Shown here one piece after another: positions 51,223 through 62,129 of a DNA stretch of 64,000 nucleotides. Both the position numbers and the translations under genes were made by a program. The first letter of the stretch is position 1. Every line of letters begins with the position of its first letter. Source of the DNA: Asterias rubens (Eukaryota); the NCBI RefSeq assembly GCF_902459465.1, contig NC_047070.1, forward strand, positions 13,516,001 to 13,580,000. The letters run 5' to 3'. Under the pieces are notes generated by a model, which was not told where the DNA came from, made no database searches, and worked only from the letters and a program-made list of their open reading frames with translations.

Positions 51223-51567
51223 AGGAACACGTTGCCTTGGATTGTTAAAAAATGCATCGGTTAGAAATATGCTTCTCCAAAGCAGAATACAATGATCCGC
51301 ACACATTTGCCTCGAAAATGCGTGGTTTTCCTTTTACTTTTCTTTCCTTTTAACTAACATGGTCGGCCATTTATGATTTGTCTCCCATAAATGGCCGACA
51401 GTGTTTGTCGAAGAGGTAAAAGGAAAACCACGCGATTTTGAGTGATACTTGTGTGGATCATTATATTCTACTTTAGAGTATCTTTCTAACCATGGATGCA
51501 TTTTATAAAAAACGGTTACAAACGCTTATCAAAGATCAACTCAACCAATCAAAGGCAGCGTGTTCCT
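51223..51567. mobile_element. Fold-back TTAA MITE, family D
   Basis: TTAA|AGGAACACGTTGCCTTGG...AAGGCAGCGTGTTCCT, palindromic body; second copy at 54962. Confidence 0.8.
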
Positions 51568-51746
51568 GTAATAATTATAATTAAATGTATATTTGCATCT
51601 TTGTGGTTCAATAGTGACACTGTTTCATTTGGAAAAGTGATGAGAAATAGTATTCAGTTTTAGTTTGCAGGGTGTAACGAGCAAGCAGTTCATAACATCC
51701 TATAGTTAATGACCTGACTTTTTGACCCTAGCAGAGTGGGTTTTAA

Positions 51747-52054
51747 GGAACACTACATACTTGGTTTATGTAATCCACATCATTTATAAACTGACACACC
51801 TGTAGAAGTTTGGAAACGATCGGCCATCGAGGTCACAAGAGAATAGTGAAAAACCAATTACAAATTTTGCATTGCATCGATGCCTAAACAACAATTAATA
51901 AATTGCTCAAAGAGCGATAAACTCCAAATCCGAAATTAGATCATTTATTTCTCATAGGGAAGTTTTCTACTATCATCATCACTGGACCGTGTAAGTTTTA
52001 TGTAAATCTGTGATCTCCACGATTTTTGTTTCTGACCAATTCTGTAACGTTCCT
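51747..52054. mobile_element. TTAA MITE, further family
   Basis: TTAAGGAACACTACATACTTGGT on the left and ACCAATTCTGTAACGTTCCT|TTAA on the right form an imperfect TIR. Confidence 0.6.
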
Positions 52055-52128
52055 TTAACAAAGAGATCTGTGGTAAAGCCATTACCTGTCTTTTTCATTT
52101 AATTTAATTTCATTTCATTTAAGTGGTC

Positions 52129-52320
52129 GGGTTTGCGTAGTGATATCTTTCCTTACCTTCCCCCTCTTGAACACTGGTTTAAATTATGCCAAGGGCACAA
52201 AGGCGGATTGGGTTTTCAGTCCCTACTTGATTGCGTGGGTTTTTCATGGAATAATTCTCAAGGGTTTTCCTCCAACATCAAAAGCTGAAACTTCCTTCAA
52301 TTTCTTTTCCTCATTGGGTT
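52129..52320 (+). mobile_element. Degenerate SINE (same family as 31773-32000)
   Basis: GGATTGGGTTTTCAGTCCCTACTTGATTGCGTGGGTTTT...GGTTTTCCTCC. Confidence 0.7.
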
Positions 52321-53026
52321 CTTGGTGCAGTGATTAATTTTGCTTTTCAAAGAACCCTTGGCTTCTTAACCCCAATAAATAAACTGAAATGAAACATCCA
52401 TCTTTACAACCCTGACATTCGGAGAATGGGTATCTTGGGTTGAGTATTCACTCGTGATTTCATGGTCCTGGAAGCAATTTATGTGGTCTTAAATTAGTTC
52501 TGTGAGGCTTGCTTCATCACTGGGTACAGATAAAAAAAGATGTCATGAATGGATACATTACAATGTAGCACCACCAGACCCAGAAATGGCAAGGGACAGA
52601 TACCTGATGCCAACATGTACGCTGTTCAAGTTTGCTCATGATTAGGCAACCATTCATAATGATGCCATACATTTACCATTTTAGTGTAATGTATCCTACA
52701 TGTCCTGCATGTACATGTGTCCTAGTAGAAATATTTTACCCACGAACGAAAAATTAGTTTTAGTTTTCCGACCTCTTTTGGTCGACCCAGCCCCTGCCCT
52801 CTAACCCCCTTGCGTTTTCTGTGCGCTTTTAGCCTTTCTCTCACTCTACGGACTGCTTATGTTACACCAGTATACCTGTTTATGTTTTCATTGTGTCATG
52901 TGGCATTTGAGAAACACTCGAAATGTCAGTCCTTTTTTGCATTTATACTTTTACACTAAAGGTCCATTTGGTTGGTAAGCAGTTTGCAAAAGCTAATTTA
53001 ATTTTTTCTTTTATAAACTCCTTTAG

Positions 53027-53521
53027 ATTTGTTTGATGCTGATGAGATGGTTGGATACAATTCCAGAGGATTTCTACTACAATGCCTTCCTACGCCAGGA
53101 AGCATCCCTTCTCATCAGACGCCTACCACCCCTCAATGAAAACTTCCAACCTTTGATTAAGAAGATCCAGAATGTCTTGACGACCCCATCAGAGACGACC
53201 CTCCTGCAGAAGAAGACACCAGACAGACCCTACCCTCTCCAACACAACCCAAGTATCTCCTCCACAGGGAGCCTTCGCTTTGCATCACCTGACCTGGAGG
53301 ATGTGGCCTCGGTTGGCTCGTGCTCTTCTAGAACTGGGAGTCGTTCTGCTGCAGTGCCGTCAGGACCCATGAATAAGTTCAAGAGGAATGCCTCATTGAT
53401 ATCACAGGTGTCCAGTAACTCATCCATTAGTGCGTTGCAGAGTATTGCGTGCCTACCGGCGATGATTGTTAAGAAGTCTTGTGTTCTGTACGGAGAGGAT
53501 CTAGATCAACTGTATCAAAAG
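53027..53521 (+). CDS. Coding exon 8 (end of REM, Ser-rich linker, start of FERM F2)
   Basis: Acceptor aactcctttag| (phase 0). ICLMLMRWLDTIPEDF matches the REM V/L-x2-W-x5-DF motif. Ends GEDLDQLYQK with donor AAG|gtaaga (phase 0). Confidence 0.9.
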
Positions 53522-53788
53522 GTAAGATAAACATTAACTAAATAATAATAACCAATGATTATCTGTTAAAAATTAACATCCATAACACCACAAAACACAA
53601 CAATTAGTGATGAAAATTTATAAGAAAAAGAAAAAAGTTTGAAGCAAGTCCTGTATCTTTTTAAGAAACTTTTGAATTCACTGATTGTTGACAATAATAC
53701 AATGACATCACGATTTATCTGCGGCCATGTCATAATTGGTGTTTTTAAAAACTTGTGTGAGCAATGCAATTTCTTCTTTTGAAGATCA

Positions 53789-53821
53789 ATAAAGTTTTCT
53801 TATGTCTTATGTCTTATGTCT
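53789..53821 (+). repeat. AATAAA followed by a (TCTTATG)3 tail, probably an old retroelement 3' end
   Basis: The repeat is directly visible; the origin is inferred. Confidence 0.45.
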
Positions 53822-54456
53822 AATAATACAAATTGTGAGCTATTGTTGTCGGCTGTGTAATGTTTACAATGTATGGTTGATAACAAGTGCTATGGTACAT
53901 TTAAGATGTCATATTTATTTGTCTTTTTCAAAACAAATTTGACAGTTGTGCTGTATCGTCTCACACACCATGTATACTTTGTACATATAGCTGACTTGCA
54001 GCTTGCAAACAAAACTAAGAGGATTCCATGTAGCTCAATGACTATGAACCAATGTATAATCACATTGAAAATGGAAAATGCAAACCTGGGAATGTGTAGT
54101 GAGCATGCATGCGATTCACAACAAGTACCAGGGAGGGGGATTACTCTAACATGGCCAACTCGTGAATAAGTAAAACAGACAACATAAAATACCCTGTTAA
54201 AATAGAATCGCATGAAAATTGAGCCTTGTCAACTCGTTGATGAGTTGAAGATGTTGTTGTCTGGATGCTTCATGGATCCACTCAGATCCAGTAATAGTAG
54301 TAATTGTACAGTGGCTCCAGCTAACTGTACTTGATACTCAATGAGCCATGGCTCAAGCGTTTACAGTCAACCCATTCATTTGCATAGGTTATATCATGCG
54401 TTAAACTTCACTTTGTAATGGAACTCTATGGAGACTGCTCAACAAATCCACCAGCA

Positions 54457-54626
54457 GCCGATTTCACGAAACTTTACGCAACTGCGTAAGTCCACTTGCG
54501 CAACGTTTATGGCGCAAATTAAAGATGGCAGAAGCAACGTATGTGGCGATTATAACCTCGTGCAACGTTTATGGCGCAAATTTCACCATAAATGTTGCCC
54601 AAGTGGACTTGCGTAAAAGTTTGTGA
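54457..54626. mobile_element. Small imperfect fold-back element
   Basis: GCGTAAGTCCACTTGCGCAACGTTTATGG and CCATAAATGTTGCCCAAGTGGACTTGCGT form inverted arms. Confidence 0.45.
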
Positions 54627-54961
54627 TGGAGTTTTTGAGCATTTTTGTAAAGGTCTGTTATCTATAGTAACGCTAACCTTTCCATTCCTGTTTTCTTAGC
54701 TTTATTCATTAACAATGTCAGACATAAATGATTTTAACATTTTGCTTTGTAAAAGCTGATCGTTCTGTAGGCATTTGGGATAGTCATACAGCCGGGTTAT
54801 AATCAGTTGAAGAAATAAACAATTTGAAATGATAACAAAACATATTTTTGAAAGATAAATACACAGACAGTTTAATGAATTAGAACATTGGCAAGATAAT
54901 GTTCATCAATTTGATCATGTTTTGGCTATTTGTCCTAATGATCCATCAAATTTGAGATTAA

Positions 54962-55330
54962 AGGAACATGTTGCCTTGGATCGGTCGAGCTGGTCTTTTG
55001 AAAAGCGTTTGTAACCGGTTTTTTTGTAAAATGCATGGGCAGAAAGATGTTGTAAAAGTAGAATACAATGATCCACACAAACATGCCTCGAAATTTCGTG
55101 GTTTTTGTTTTACCTCGTCGACTAACACGGTCGGCCATTTATGGGAGTCAAATTTTTGACTCCCATAAATGGCCGACCGTGTTAGTTCGCAAAGTGAAAG
55201 GAAAACCACGCAATTTCGAGGCAAACTTGTGTGGATCATTGTATTATACTTTTAAAACATCTTTCCAACCATATACATTTTGTAAAAAACGGTTACAAAC
55301 ACTTTTTATAGACCAACTCGTCCGATCCAA
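54962..55330. mobile_element. Fold-back TTAA MITE, family D (right end clipped)
   Basis: Central palindrome CACGGTCGGCCATTTATGGGAGTCAAA-TT-TTTGACTCCCATAAATGGCCGACCGTG. Confidence 0.85.
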
Positions 55331-57479
55331 CTCATTACTGTTTGCTCTGATTATTACTTGCAAAGGAGTGAATTATTATTATTTTTTTCATTTATTTTTT
55401 ATTTATTTTTTTAGGGGGGGGGATATTACAAGTAAGACAGTTTTTTTGGGACCATTGCAATGGGGGCAATGGCTTCAGTTTCCTATGCCAATCCCAGATT
55501 TAATTCTTGATGCAAGCCAGTCACAAGAGGGCAGTATTCAGATTTAATGTACTTCAAGTTCAACTCTGTTTCCTACAACCAATAAGATTAGAATGGTACC
55601 AGTGCAAGCTGTATTTTTTTCATATTCCTTGTCTTCCATGATGATGGGGGCAACTGTTGGACTAGGTGTATGTCTTTATAATGAGTTGTGTCAAAGTGGT
55701 TTACATTATGTGGTTTAAGGCATTCAGAGACTCAAGTTTAGATATTGCCAGAGATGGGCTCAGGTCCTTGAGCAAGACTTTTAAACTATAATTGCTTTGT
55801 CCTTTCAAATTTGGGGGAGGGGGATGGGGGTGGGAGCGATGGTGAGGGCATGATCATTGGCAGAATTAAAGGGACCCATGCAGAGGGTAGCATGTTCGTA
55901 CACTACATACGTAGTAAAGACCTCTGTCACCTGTGTCACAATTTATGTCAACTGTCAAATGCCCCTCTTCTGTGGAAGCAATAATCAAATCATGCAAACA
56001 AATAAAAAAATAAAAAATAAACCAAGTTATTTCCCCTTAAGCCTCAGTTTGAACACATTTAAATAAGAAAGACAAAGATGGTTGCACAATGGAAATGATG
56101 CAGTAAAGTTGCTGTCAACTGAGACTGCTAGTTGTTTGAGACAAGGCACTCCGGGGTTACTAGAGATATCACGCTCAGCTGGCTGGTCAGGAATCTGGGT
56201 CACCTTCCAGTAAGTTAATGAGGTAGGGTATAATAATAATTCCTGGAGTATAAGCCAGAGGGCTGTGGGACTAGGGGCATCTTGTGGACACCATGTTTTT
56301 AATTCGGTTGTGCTGCTTTGATTTATTCTAGAAATTAACAAATTTGACAACTTTCATTGGATAGGCCTAAGAAAACAGAAATGACTTGTTTTTATGGGTC
56401 CCAAATAAAAATGCATTTTTATGGGATTAAAATGCTAGCTCGTAGTGTGGCTTTTGTTTTGGTTCAGTCTATCATTTGTCTACATGCAGGTGAAAACCCC
56501 AGTGACACTCATTGTCTATTATTTAAGTCCATTGCCATCCATCATCACTTACATGTAGTATAATTCCCTTAAGTTGTTAATTCCCAGACGAAATGGTCGG
56601 AAGAAAATGTCCATTTGAGAATGTACTCAAATATACATGATAAATGAATTTGTGTAACATGATAAGATGACCTAATTTCGGAACCCAGTCATCTGAGGAA
56701 AACGCTATGAATTGGGGGGGGGGGGGGGGGGGGGAGTGAAGGGGAATTACCCCCAGCAACTTGTGGCATTTAAATCAAAGCTGTTTAGTTAGAAGCCATA
56801 CTCAGATTTCAACAGAAAAGAAAATACATTTTTGATTTAATGGTTTTGGAAATGCTGGCTTGGCAATGTAAGCAGGCGTTGGAAAGGTTACGACGCTTCC
56901 TGCGTCAGAAACAACTCTCTAGTAATTCTCTCATTAACCCAAGTGGTGTTGGGTTGCAAAGTGAAGTCAACAGTTTGGCTAGGGGAAATTGTGCGATAGA
57001 ATGCTGGCTATGAAGTTCACTAATCATTGAAGTTACGCTGAAAGTGATTGCGGGAATATGCGTGTTGTCAGCCAGGCTAGTTTTACAGAGCCTGTTTCAC
57101 GGGAAGCAGTCGTGTTTAGATAGTATGCTGGATTTGCTCATCGTTGAATGGTGGTTCTTTGTTTTGTGGTGGCCAAGTGAAGAAACAAGTATGTCATATT
57201 TTGTTTGATTTAACATTTAAATTGATTGTTTTATTTTATTTTGGTATCCTAATGCAGTTTTAAAACAAACCAAGTTTGAAAAGTCATGATTATTTTTGCG
57301 GGAAAACAAATCTCACCCTGTAAAAGTTTGTGACCCTTTAGATGTGATTAATTTTTTTGCAAGTTTTTTGTTTTAGGCAAATGATGTCTGTAATCTTATT
57401 TGAATGAAAGATAGTGAGATTCAGTTTTAAAAATGTTGGTCCATGTCTATGTCATGATGAAGGGCCTATAAAAATATAT

Positions 57480-57820
57480 ATATTTTTTTTCACAGGAATC
57501 AGGAAAGTACTGAGTATACAGTGCTAACACATTGGTGTATGGGTAAAAACCAGAGTTAATAATCTTTATCCGTGATCCAATATTAACATCTATTATATCA
57601 TTGCGGTACCCGCTGCCAAAACATAGAATTCAAACTGCCTCTAGCCATCGGGCAATCTCGGTAGTCTAGTTGGTAAGACACTGCTCTAGAGTTGCAAGGG
57701 TCGTGGGTTCGAATCCCAGCCGAGTTATATGCCTGTGATATTTTTTCACAGGACTCGGGAAAGTACTGAGTATACAGTGCTCACACACATCGGTGTATAT
57801 TGGTAAAACCAAAATTAATA
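57480..57820 (+). repeat. 1.3 tandem units (256 bp period) of the repeat containing a tRNA-like unit
   Basis: CACAGG..TC.GGAAAGTACTGAGTATACAGTGCT occurs at 57491 and 57747; the tRNA-like segment is 57657-57724. Confidence 0.85.
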
Positions 57821-58145
57821 TCATATGGCATATATGATCAATTTAGGAAAGTAAACATTTTATAGATCACAATGGTACAATTAACTTGAACTTAAAAACA
57901 TGACTTTTGTTGTTTTGGGGGTTCCCACTCATTCATTGACGTTGTTGACACAGGAATCAAAAATAGGTTTTTATTTCTTGATATGTTAATGCTTTGTTCT
58001 TGTAGCAAATATTAACATGATCCAGATCAACATCTTTCAGACAATGATAGTTCCAGTTCCTGTAGACTTGACTCAAGTCCCAATCCCGTGCCATGCATCC
58101 CCAGGAAACTACTGTTTAGTAATGCTCTGCATTCCAAAACCTGTT

Positions 58146-58485
58146 AATAATAACAAATTCTTATATAGCGCATTTCACAATAACCGTATCAATGCTCTTT
58201 ACATTAGTGCCCTGGTCATGGGGCCAATAACATCCCTGTAATGTTTCTCAGCTCCCTAGGGAGTATACAGCCCTGAGCTGCCTGTAAGGCGCTTTTGGCT
58301 TTTTCATACACAATAACAATCTCTACCCTCGCAGGTACCCATTTATACCCCTGGGTGAAGAGAAGCAATTATAGTAAAGTGTCTTGCTCAAGGACACAAG
58401 TGTCACGACCGGGATTCGAACCCACACTCCGGTGAATCAGCACCAGAACTTGAATTCGATGCTCTTAACCACTCGGCCATGACAC
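58146..58485 (-). mobile_element. Full-length tRNA-derived SINE with an L2-like 3' tail
   Basis: Minus strand: A-box TGGCCGAGTGG, B-box GGTTCGAATCC, body CTTCACCCAGGGGTATAAATGGGTACC, tail GCGCTATATAAGAATTTGTTATTATTA. Confidence 0.85.
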
Positions 58486-59782
58486 TATGCGGGACAGGGA
58501 CTTGACGATGTCGCAGTTGCCTGATATGTAAATGTATTCACTTATGAATATGTAGAATTGCTGCGTGATACGTGTTTACCAATCAAATGCACTCAAAAAG
58601 AAGACTAAAAATATATTTTATAATAATTTTAAATAACCAATTAATTATAAAAAGAAAGCACTAGAATTAATGTTCATTTGAATTTGAGTTGATTCGTTGT
58701 AACATACATGTACGTTGGGTCGGTTTTGTTTGAAAAATTTGAATTTTGGGAAGTGCAATTCAACTACTTATAATACCGCCACCCCCTTGCCTGCTGATGA
58801 GTTTGCCCGCCCCACGCGCGCGCCATGTCTAGACGCATGCCTTACAATGTCTTGCACTGTGATGTAACAGAGTGTGAATATTTTACCTGCTTCCACGCTC
58901 CCATTGGTTTTGTACATCTCCCCATTTGGGGAGATTTTCAAATAACAGCGTGCAGAGTAAGAAACGACTTCATCAAGTCCCATTCTCAGGACCACATTTT
59001 GACGGCGAGCGCGCACTGTACTGTATGCTATGGTTTGTTTGATAGTAAGTTGCCGTGTTATGCTTAGAGACCTCTCACACGAGAATGGGACTTGAATCAA
59101 GTCTACAGTTCCTGTGGTCAGTGTCTCCATGAGTAATCATGGAATTGCTTTTTTTGACAGAATGAGACTGAAAGTTATGTAATTTGCAGTAGCACCTTAG
59201 TTGTCTGTTAGGAGTTGTTGTGGTTAGGGTTTTAAAAAACTCAGTGGTGCCAAAACACTGATCAGTAAGTGGGAACATACGTAAGCATACTGATTAAAAT
59301 ACTTATAGAAAACACAGTGTAAGATTATATTTCATACTACTATCATGACATGACTGTTTCACGAATTATAGTCCGTGGTTAAGTTTCATCTTCAAGCTTC
59401 AAACAAACATACAGGGGTTTTGTCAGAGATTGGAAATAGGGTGTCAAACTTGCTATGTGTAAATTGAAGAATACATTGTAGGGCATCCAATTTTTGACTG
59501 ACAATACTTTGACTGACAATTATGAACTATTTTGAAGGGTGTTCAGACATGTCAGAAGATACACAGAAAAGACACTGGGACATCCTTGCAACAAACATTA
59601 TTAATCAAAGATCAACTGATGCAACCTGTCTGAAAATGACACGTATGTTGCCCAATTTAACAAATTTTGTCTTCCAACAGCTGTTCAGTGGTGACTAAAC
59701 CTGTCAAAAGTATTGTGTGGGTTGGTTTTGAAAGCTGTAAACACTCTTTCAAAATTTTGTTTTGTTTTGTTTCTAATCTCAG

Positions 59783-60508
59783 TTGAACAGAGAGATTATT
59801 GAGGAGCATCTCCCATGCAGTCAGGAGGATGCAGTGAAACTAGCTGCTCTGCAGCTGCTCTCTGACTCACCAGGCCAAGCCTCGTCTAGCCAAACCCATC
59901 ATCAACACCACCAGCAACAGATGATGGCTCTGACTACCCAGCAGACTGTCATGGGTCTCCCGACCGTTACATTGGATCTCCCTGCTGAGGACGTTGAAAC
60001 ACCCATTATTGATGATTTTCTTGAGGATGCAACATTTAGCCGTCAGGGTTCCTCCACCACAGATGGCACGCTTCACCTTGGTCATCATCATCCTCATCCG
60101 GGCCTTAGCTCAGATGACAGATATGGAATCTTGAAGACCTCTGGGCCATGTAAAGTCCCCAATACTGAGGACAGTCCATTACGGACCGGAGTTGTCTTAT
60201 CTGGAGGTGGCCCAACTGCTATCTCCTCACACTCCACAGCCGGCATTCCTGAGGAGACAGCGGAGAAACTCTGCCTGGATAGGGTGAAGAGATGCCTTCC
60301 CCGCGGGTATACTAACATCCGGGCTGTACAGAAGTCTGCTAAGAGGTGTTTTCAGTGTTACTCCAGCGCTCTGGTGGATGTACATGATCCCTCGGAGCGG
60401 AGTTCAAGGGCAAAGCAGATGTACGTTGAGTTTTGCAAACAGTTGCCTCTCTATGGGAGTGGGATGTTTCATGTGAAGGAACTGGCCGGGAGTCGCCTTC
60501 GAAAAAAG
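59783..60508 (+). CDS. Coding exon 9: FERM central (F2) lobe with a long insert, running into F3
   Basis: Acceptor ttctaatctcag| (phase 0). The spliced junction reads LDQLYQK|LNREIIEEHLPCSQEDAVKLAALQL, and the exon contains MYVEFCKQLPLYGSGMFHV; both are FERM hallmarks. Donor AAG|gtaatt. Confidence 0.92.
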
Positions 60509-61775
60509 GTAATTAATCTTTTATCAGATTTCATTTCCCCATCTCCCTTTACTTCCCCCTCCTGTGACCCATCACAAAAGTTCATTTACTTTAGACACAA
60601 TAAATTCACAAGTTTTCAAAATGTGTTTCTGGAATCAGAATCAAAGAATTTAGTATATAGGCCTTTATTAGGTCTTTCCTATTTGATTGTAAAGCAGTCA
60701 CCGCAGATCAGTGTAAAATATTCTGTGAGTGTGTGAGGTTATCGCAAAAATCTACAATTTAACAGTTTTAAAAGGTGCTTATGATGTGGCCAAGGTAAAA
60801 ATAAATTAAGTTTATGTATGTTTAATTTGACGATTTGGAAGGTAAGATATGTTATACTTTTGATTTACATTTCTGTTTACTCTAATACTGAATCTTACTA
60901 CTCCACCCCGGATGATACACGCCAATTTTTTTCTGGACTGGCCTGTAGCGGAACATTTTCTACACCTGGAACAACATCAGAGCACCCTAATTGTTTGTAT
61001 TTACGTCCTTTGGACGACTGTCGTAGGTTCCTCTTTAGCATTCTCCTTAAATGCTATGCTTCGTTCCACTTGCACAAAGAGGCATACATGGTTCTGGAAA
61101 CTATGCTCTTACTATCCCTTTTTCCTGAGAGTTATTGCATGTACCCAAATGTTAGACCTTTTGTATTAAATGCGGCATACAAGAAGAACAGGCGTACCAG
61201 AAAGGACAGGCATCCACCATTGGTATCATTGTATTCAGCTCAATGGGAGGTAAGTCTGAGCATTCCAAGATTCCAGCTTACCATGGAAGATTATCGGCCC
61301 ATGGCTCATGGCCGAGGTTCTGCGATGCATAGTGATGAGTGCCTACTTATTCTTTATATTTCCTCACAAGACAATAACAAATCTCAGTGTTAATTATGAG
61401 ACCCTCTGTTGTCTTTCCTTCGGGGTTTTAATGTGGCAACGATATTTTCAGTGGAAAACAAGTATTTCATAAGCTCCAAATCTTACATCAACAAAAATCG
61501 ATGCAGGGCACTGAAATTTGTCCAGAATACCAACATGAAGTGGTTAGGTATGTAAAAGAGAGCTTGGCTTTAGGATTTAGTGACAACATTAAAACATACT
61601 CTCACAGGAAATTCCATTCTGGGCACACTTAACAGAGTTTTATTGTCAGTTTCTTAACTTGGGTTATAAATTTAGCAGTCTTGATATAGACCAGACCATC
61701 TGGTTAAACCTGTCAATTTTCCAAGATGAGACTTCCTGCAGTAATTTAACATACATTATGTATTGTGGTGATTAA

Positions 61776-62129
61776 AGCCATTATACACTTTCGGAACAGA
61801 AAAAAAAAAGTTCACAGATTTACAAATAGGGTTTACAGAAGGTAATGGTGAAAGACTTCTCTTGAAATATTATTCCATGAAATGCTTTACTTTTTGAGAA
61901 AACATTAAAACAATTATCAATACTCATTGTCGAGAATTTCGAATTTATTTTGAACACATGTCATTACACGGTGAAACGTGCAGAAACAAGGGTGGGTTTT
62001 CCCGTTATTTTCTCCTGACTCCGATGACCGATTAAGCCTAAATTTTCACAGGTTTGTTATTTTATATAAGTTGTGATACACGAAGTGTGGGACTTGGACA
62101 ATACTGTTTACCGAAAGTGTATAATGGCT
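61776..62129. mobile_element. TTAA MITE family C
   Basis: TTAA|AGCCATTATACACTTTCGG...CCGAAAGTGTATAATGGCT|TTAA. Confidence 0.88.

Noticed and set aside
57657-57724. Functional tRNA gene
   Set aside because: The acceptor stem is only 5 bp, the anticodon and T stems have mismatches, there is no long Ser-type variable arm, and it is embedded in a multi-copy repeat.
58006-58145. Extra or alternative terminal exon between exons 8 and 9
   Set aside because: The acceptor is good, but phase 0 stops after QILT. The coding-looking frame (HDPDQHL...) has an upstream stop, and the exon 8-9 junction already completes the FERM helix.
30016-60508. Naming the gene KRIT1, CCM2 or ANKS1
   Set aside because: The domain types overlap, but the order, size and ARM/REM content differ, and I recognise no orthologous sequence. 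The symbol is left empty.
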